NCBI RefSeq assembly: GCF_009914755.1
Contig: NC_060944.1
DNA from: the human T2T-CHM13v2.0 reference genome, Homo sapiens
Length of the DNA: 64,000 nt
Strand: one strand, 5' to 3'
Shown here: piece by piece, positions 61,391 to 64,000 of the stretch
Numbering within the stretch: the first letter of the stretch is position 1
Layout of the letters: every line of letters starts with the position of its first letter
Notes under the pieces: generated by a model
Seen by the model: only the letters and a program-made list of their open reading frames with translations
Database searches by the model: none
What the model was told of the DNA's origin: nothing
Position numbers and translations under genes: made by a program

Positions 61391-63465
61391 TATACCACTT
61401 TAATTTGGTAATGGAGTGCTGTCATGCATACCCAATTTATGATAGGAAGCTCACGTCAGACGGTAACTTGGTGGCCCATGGTCAAGTGTTCATTTTCTAC
61501 TAAGGAAAACTAAGACCTGCCTCTCAAAAGCAGAGTAGGTATCTGCAGAGGATGACAGGGCTTTGCTCCCAAATCCTAAGGCACTCTGCTGTGATTCACC
61601 TATAGAGTCCTGCCAAAGGCTCCAAACAGCATCCCTGTCTGCTACTGACACCTCAAGCACCATTGCATCTGTTGGACCATTGGCCCAAATGGCAGAGCAC
61701 TTTGCACAGCAGCCTGGACTTGTGGCAGAGTCTTCTCCTGTTCTGGGCCCTACTCAAAACTAGCAGCTTTTCAGGTCTGTCAGTAGATGGGCTGAAGTAA
61801 TACACCCAAATGAGGAATGTGTTGCCTCGAAAATATAAATAGGCCCACTAGATATTGTGCCTCTTTCTTGGTTGTAGGAGCAGCTAGAAGCAGCTTCGTA
61901 TCCTTTATCTTAGAAGGGATTTCTTGACATGGCTCAAACCACTGGACCCCTAGAAATTTTGCTGAGGTAGAAGACCCATGAAATTTAGTAAGATTTACTT
62001 CCCATCCTCTGATGTGCAAATGTCTTATCAATAAGTTTAGAGTAATTGCTACTTCATGTTCACTAGGTTCCATCAGCATAATGTCATCAATGTAATGGAC
62101 CAGGGTAATATCTTGTGAAAGGGGAAGGTAATCAAGATCCCTGCAAACTAAATTGTGACATAGGGCTGGAGAGTTGATATGCCCCTGAGGTAGGTCAGTG
62201 CAGGTATATTTAGCCATGCCAGCCATAAGCAAACTGCTTCTGGTGAGCCTTATGGAAAGCTATGGAGAAAAAGGCATTCGCCAGTCCAATAGCTATGTAC
62301 CAAGTACAAGAAGACGTGTTAATTTGCTCAAACAGTGAAACCATATCTGGTACAGCCACTGCAATAGAACTCACCATTGGTTAAGCCTCTAATAAGCCAC
62401 TATCATTCTCCAAGATCTAGGCCAAATAGAAGAATTGAATGGTGATGTGGTTGGAATCACCACCCCTGCATCTTTTAAGTCCTTGATGGTGGCACTAATT
62501 TCTGCAATTCATCTAGGTATGTGGTATTGTTTTCTTATTTATCATTTTCCTAATTAGAGGCAGTTCTAATTAACTATCATTTGGTCTTTCTCACAATAAT
62601 AGCCCTCACCTCACAGGTTAGGGAACCAATGTGCAAATTCTACCAGCAGCTAGGTGCATCTATTCCAATTTTGCATCTGGAACTGGGGAAATAGTCACAG
62701 AGTGTTTTAGGGACCCACTGGGCCCACTGTGTGTCAGAACTGAGCTAAAACACCATCGTTGGCCTGAGCTTCATAAGCTCCTACTGTAACTGGAGGGCCA
62801 CAGTGACATTTCTGGTCTCCTGGAATCAAGGTCAGTTCAGAGCCTTTGTCCCAGTAGTCCCTGAAAGGTCAGATGCTTTCCTTTTCCCCAATGCACAGTT
62901 ACCCTGGAAAAAGGCTGTAAGGTCTCTTTCAGGAGGGATGAGAGAAAGAGTAACTGTATACATTTTTGGAAGTGTCCTGGGGTCCTTCCTGGAGGTGACC
63001 CAGCCTCTCCTTCATATAAGGTGTTGTAGGTCTGTAAACTGGCTCAAGTTTGAGAATTGATTGATGAGTCATGATTCTCGTCGACGTAATTCAAGTTAGA
63101 CTTTTGTTCACTTGACCAGAAAGTTTTCTGCTTATACAGATCAAGTAAGATTTTAGTAGGCTTCCTATTTATTTCACATCTAAGAACACCATACTTAACC
63201 AGCCAATGCCATAGATCTACACGAGTGGGAGCATTCTGATTTTTCCTTTGCCTCTGTTGTTCATTACAGTAACTATGCCCACCTTGCCTTTGACAGTTGA
63301 GTGCTGCCACTTGACGCCTGCCACTTCAGGATCCAATTATTCCTACTGCATTTAAGTTTTCCAATTGAGTGACTGTGGCTCCTATGGTAAGATCTGGCCT
63401 ACAGAGAGAAGCAGTATCAGAGCTCTTCAGACATGCTGTGGCTCTCCTCACAAATCTCTTTCTCA
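61391..63465 (-). mobile_element. ERV-L (HERVL-like) internal region: gag 3' part, protease and RT, degenerate
   Basis: ORF 61780..62232 has LPQG...SPALCHNLV...[10 protein letters not shown] (RT). ORF 63044..63310 is ERV-L Gag-like (AALNCQRQGG...LWHWLV). Frameshifted protease motif (GLL-D-x-G-SEL) near 62830-62865. Confidence 0.9.
61780..62232 (-). pseudogene. pol: ERV-L pol reverse-transcriptase fragment (150-codon open stretch)
   Basis: LPQG and YIDD RT motifs; KFLGVQW. Confidence 0.85.
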
Positions 63466-63469
63466 TCAT

Positions 63470-64000
63470 CTATTTTCTTATTTATTTTAGTGTCTAGTTG
63501 ATCTGTCAAAAATTAAAGAAGTATAATAAATCCTCCCAAATCTGTTGTGCTTCTGTGTATATCTCTTGTTTCCTCAGTTAAGGTTATATCTATTTTGACA
63601 TTCTGTTTTTCAGCACATACAGACTCATGAGGATTATAATTTGCATGCAACAATTCCCTTTGTACTGTTAGCATGCTTTCTGCTTTGAATTTTACTTTGT
63701 CTGATATTTATATTGTCATCTCTCTGTTTACTTAGACTGCCTTTCTCCAGTTAAATTTGCTCATCACTTTCTGTTTAACCTTTTGAATCATTTTATTTTA
63801 GTTATCTGTCGTAGACCACAAACAGTTGGGCTTTCGCTTTATGACCCATCTGCGAACGTCTACATTTTAGTATAGGAGTTTGACTCGTTTGTGTTTATTG
63901 TCAGAGTTGATATGCTTATTATATCTGACAACTTTCTTTCTACTTATTATTTTTACATGCTTCATTGTGGCTTCATTTGCTGTTTCTCATTTGCTATATG
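63470..64000 (-). mobile_element. Old L1M ORF2 (endonuclease-region) remnant
   Basis: TTTACTTTGTCTGATATT...CACTTTCTGTTTAACCTTTT...TTGTGTTTATTG resembles antisense L1 EN-region sequence. Confidence 0.6.

Overview
64 kb of AT-rich, non-coding primate (human-like) DNA made mostly of interspersed repeats. I can support no cellular protein-coding exon; the ORF track is explained by L1, Alu, ERV-L and low-complexity sequence. Main elements: (1) a full-length L1PA2/L1PA3-type LINE-1 (39945-~45985, +) whose ORF1 and ORF2 have canonical length and are broken only by nonsense codons, with an intact antisense ORF0; (2) many older L1 and L2 fragments, about 12 Alus, several MaLR/ERVL/ERV1 LTRs and MER DNA transposons; (3) a deleted ERV-L provirus near the right end. 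Structures not explained by a repeat list: a ~570-bp, ~85-89% identical inverted duplication (27172-27744 vs 29123-29678, 1.38-kb loop) whose left arm appears to sit inside an LTR; a tailless tRNA-Asp(GTC) 5'-half retrocopy flanked by an 18-bp target-site duplication (26304-26377); and an Alu+L1 composite bounded by one 13-bp TSD (18347-20260). Repeat subfamily names come from remembered consensus sequences and boundaries of old elements are approximate. No database search was run.
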